The notes under the pieces are model-generated. The model worked only from the letters and a program-made list of their open reading frames with translations, was not told where the DNA came from and ran no database searches. From Ginkgo biloba (lineage: Eukaryota > Plantae > Ginkgophyta), in NCBI GenBank assembly GCA_024626585.2, contig JANKJI020000002.1:155516976-155540268 (forward strand): DNA of 23,293 nt, given 5' to 3'. A program made the position numbers and the translations under genes. Below, piece after piece: positions 21,111 through 23,293 of this stretch (position 1 is its first letter; each line of letters begins with the position of its first letter).

Positions 21111-23293
21111 CAAAACTACGATAATAAATTTGATCTTTTAATTGTTGGACTATTACAGCCAAGAGAAGTCAGGTTACTTCATTAACCAACTCAAGAAAGG
21201 TTACTTTGTTAACCACATCAAAGCCAAAGGTTTCCTTGGAAGCAAGAACATGTGTTTTGCANNNNNNNNNNNNNNNNNNNNNNNNNNNNNNNNNNNNNNN
21301 NNNNNNNNNNNNNNNNNNNNNNNNNNNNNNNNNNNNNNNNNNNNNNNNNNNNNNNNNNNNNTCATTCATGCTTATTTGAACTAATATGTACATAGCCAGT
21401 ATGTGTATATATACACCTCTAACAATGTAATGGTCAATTAATGACTCACCACTTGTCTTGTAACTCTCGCCATGTGTCATACTAAGGATTGACCCTCAAA
21501 TGACTCATCTCCTTACAAATTAAATATTACAATAAATACAAGGGTCTTATAACATTAGGTTATAAGCCTGACATAAACATTAAATATTCTAACATTTACT
21601 TGGCCTTGTACCAACGGGCTTCAATTTCTAATCAATGACTCCTCCATCGTTCAGAATTCCAAANNNNNNNNNNCGGTGATGGAGATGGTGCTATACAATA
21701 AAATTATAAATCAATGCTTCTGTGGGATTTTGCGTGAATTATTTCCTTGACTAGCTGGGAAACTTATCAGGCACGATATCTCCATTATCCTCGCAAGGTT
21801 TGTTCCTTTAACACACTGCATGATTTTTATTTTGTTGGGGAACAACTCTCTTGATAGGTTGTTGGGAGCATCTTATGGTAAGTATTCCACTTCTTTGCTT
21901 GCCTGGCAATGCTATGCCTCGACTAAAACTGGGAGGTAGGGTGGGGGGAGTGATCGTCAAATTTCAAAGCTGAGCCTAACTGTTGCATTGCAAAACATGC
22001 ATAGCTCAAGAATATTATATTAACACCAAATTTACCAAAAATCATTTGAAAGTTACTAATCGTGAAGTAAATTCTTCAACTAGAATTACTCAAACATAAA
22101 AAGAATACAAAGTATCACTCAATTTGTAATGGGTTTTATCAATAGAATTAGTAACAATCAGTTGATGAAGAAATATTCTGGGGTGTAATATTCTAATTTC
22201 TCACGCACAATTATCATAATTAGCTGAAATCACTACATGCAAAACGCAAATACGGGTCGTGGGATGCAATAATTCTCGTTCTCCAAGTTTTATCATAAAT
22301 TTACCAAAAAATCTAGTTAGAACCACTTAAACGCATAAACATAAGGGTGTATGATTCAAACATTTTCGCTCAAAATTCCAAGTACTTTCGCCAGTAATTT
22401 AGTTAAAATCAATTAACTTCCATAATGGGCATACTCGTATTTTCTTTTCATTACATTTTCCCATAAGTTTTATCTAAAATCACTCAAAATATAAATAATT
22501 GTTGCGAGCGGTAAACATGCTGAAAGAAAATAATAAATATATTGTCACCGGTTCCTGGTAAAGACCGATAATCCGTTCTTTGGGCCGACGTCTGCGGTTG
22601 GAAGCTCGGAGTAACACTGTATCCCATTACCATTGTGCATAATAAAATGCAATCTTGGACTATTTAGTATTCCTCCGCATGGTTAAAACTTACAAAGGGC
22701 ATCGTCACCGCCTGCATGAGGTAATAGGACAAAACCCACCTTCAATTTTATACTATTATGCGTCATGTCCTCTCCAAATCCCATGCTTTTCATTCTTCTA
22801 ACAATTTTTCCTTCACAAATTATTCTCCAAACAAACCGGCAAACCGTGCGCTGGACAGTACGGCGAACCGCTCGGTTTTCACTGTGAATGGAACACGAAC
22901 ATTGTTGAGAGTTATCAGCACGTTGACTTAACTCCCCCCTTGAGTTTTGTTTGGTTTGGTTAGTTTTGCAAGTTTGTGAGGGCAAATGATGTCATGTAGC
23001 TAAACTAGGAATGATGTCATCTACTTCACCTTAGGCCTCGTGCAAACCATAATGTAATGAGCTTTGCGTACTCATTGTCTAACCTTGTGGTTCCATGGAG
23101 GAGGGCTTATGGCTTTCTCCTGGTTCACATTATTGAGAGTTTTGGGGATTTACTCACTTGTCATAGAGTTTGATATGGTCTTGTGAAGCAAAGGATTTTA
23201 TGCAAACCGAGTTGAAGAGCTTTGTGAAGTTCTCATGATTCTCATTGGTTGAGGTGTTGAATCATATATTGTTTGATTTTTCACATAATCTTT

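Noticed and set aside
21362-21567. Possible minus-strand LTR start TGTTATAAGACCC at 21554 and an 8-bp inverted repeat CTTATAAC/GTTATAAG
   Set aside because: No PPT, PBS or partner LTR. Short AT-rich inverted repeats arise by chance.
22903-23293. Possible Copia-type LTR or PPT (TGTTGAGAG at 22903; minus-strand AAGGGGGAG at about 22932-22940)
   Set aside because: The PPT-like tract is not followed by TG and the window ends before it can be corroborated. ORF 22683-22985 has no recognisable homology.

Overview
AT-rich, CpG-poor eukaryotic DNA, almost certainly from a large-genome land plant (a fern, lycophyte or gymnosperm is a guess), in a gappy draft scaffold with about 20 N-runs. Most of the window is nested, decayed retroelements. 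These include non-chromoviral (Athila/Tat-like) Ty3/Gypsy pol remnants (3022-6337 and 12135-13010, both minus), a chromovirus-like PR-RT remnant (8570-9736) with a separate integrase piece (9857-10018), several gag/protease remnants, and two LINE fragments (ORF1 end + APE endonuclease; RT). There are at least four LTRs, two with recognisable primer-binding sites (tRNA-Asp-like at 10470, tRNA-iMet-like at 20469). The only host-gene signal is exon 1 of an NPF (NRT1/PTR) transporter, which abuts a Gypsy integrase directly. No intact full-length gene, CRISPR, rRNA or tRNA is visible. Best leads: (1) a non-coding module shared by three strongly diverged LTRs whose hairpins show apparent compensatory changes; (2) the integrase-NPF exon fusion; (3) a decayed non-gag ORF right after a tRNA-Asp-type PBS, followed by 37-bp palindromic tandem repeats. 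All alignments were done by eye, and some abrupt junctions may be assembly artefacts.
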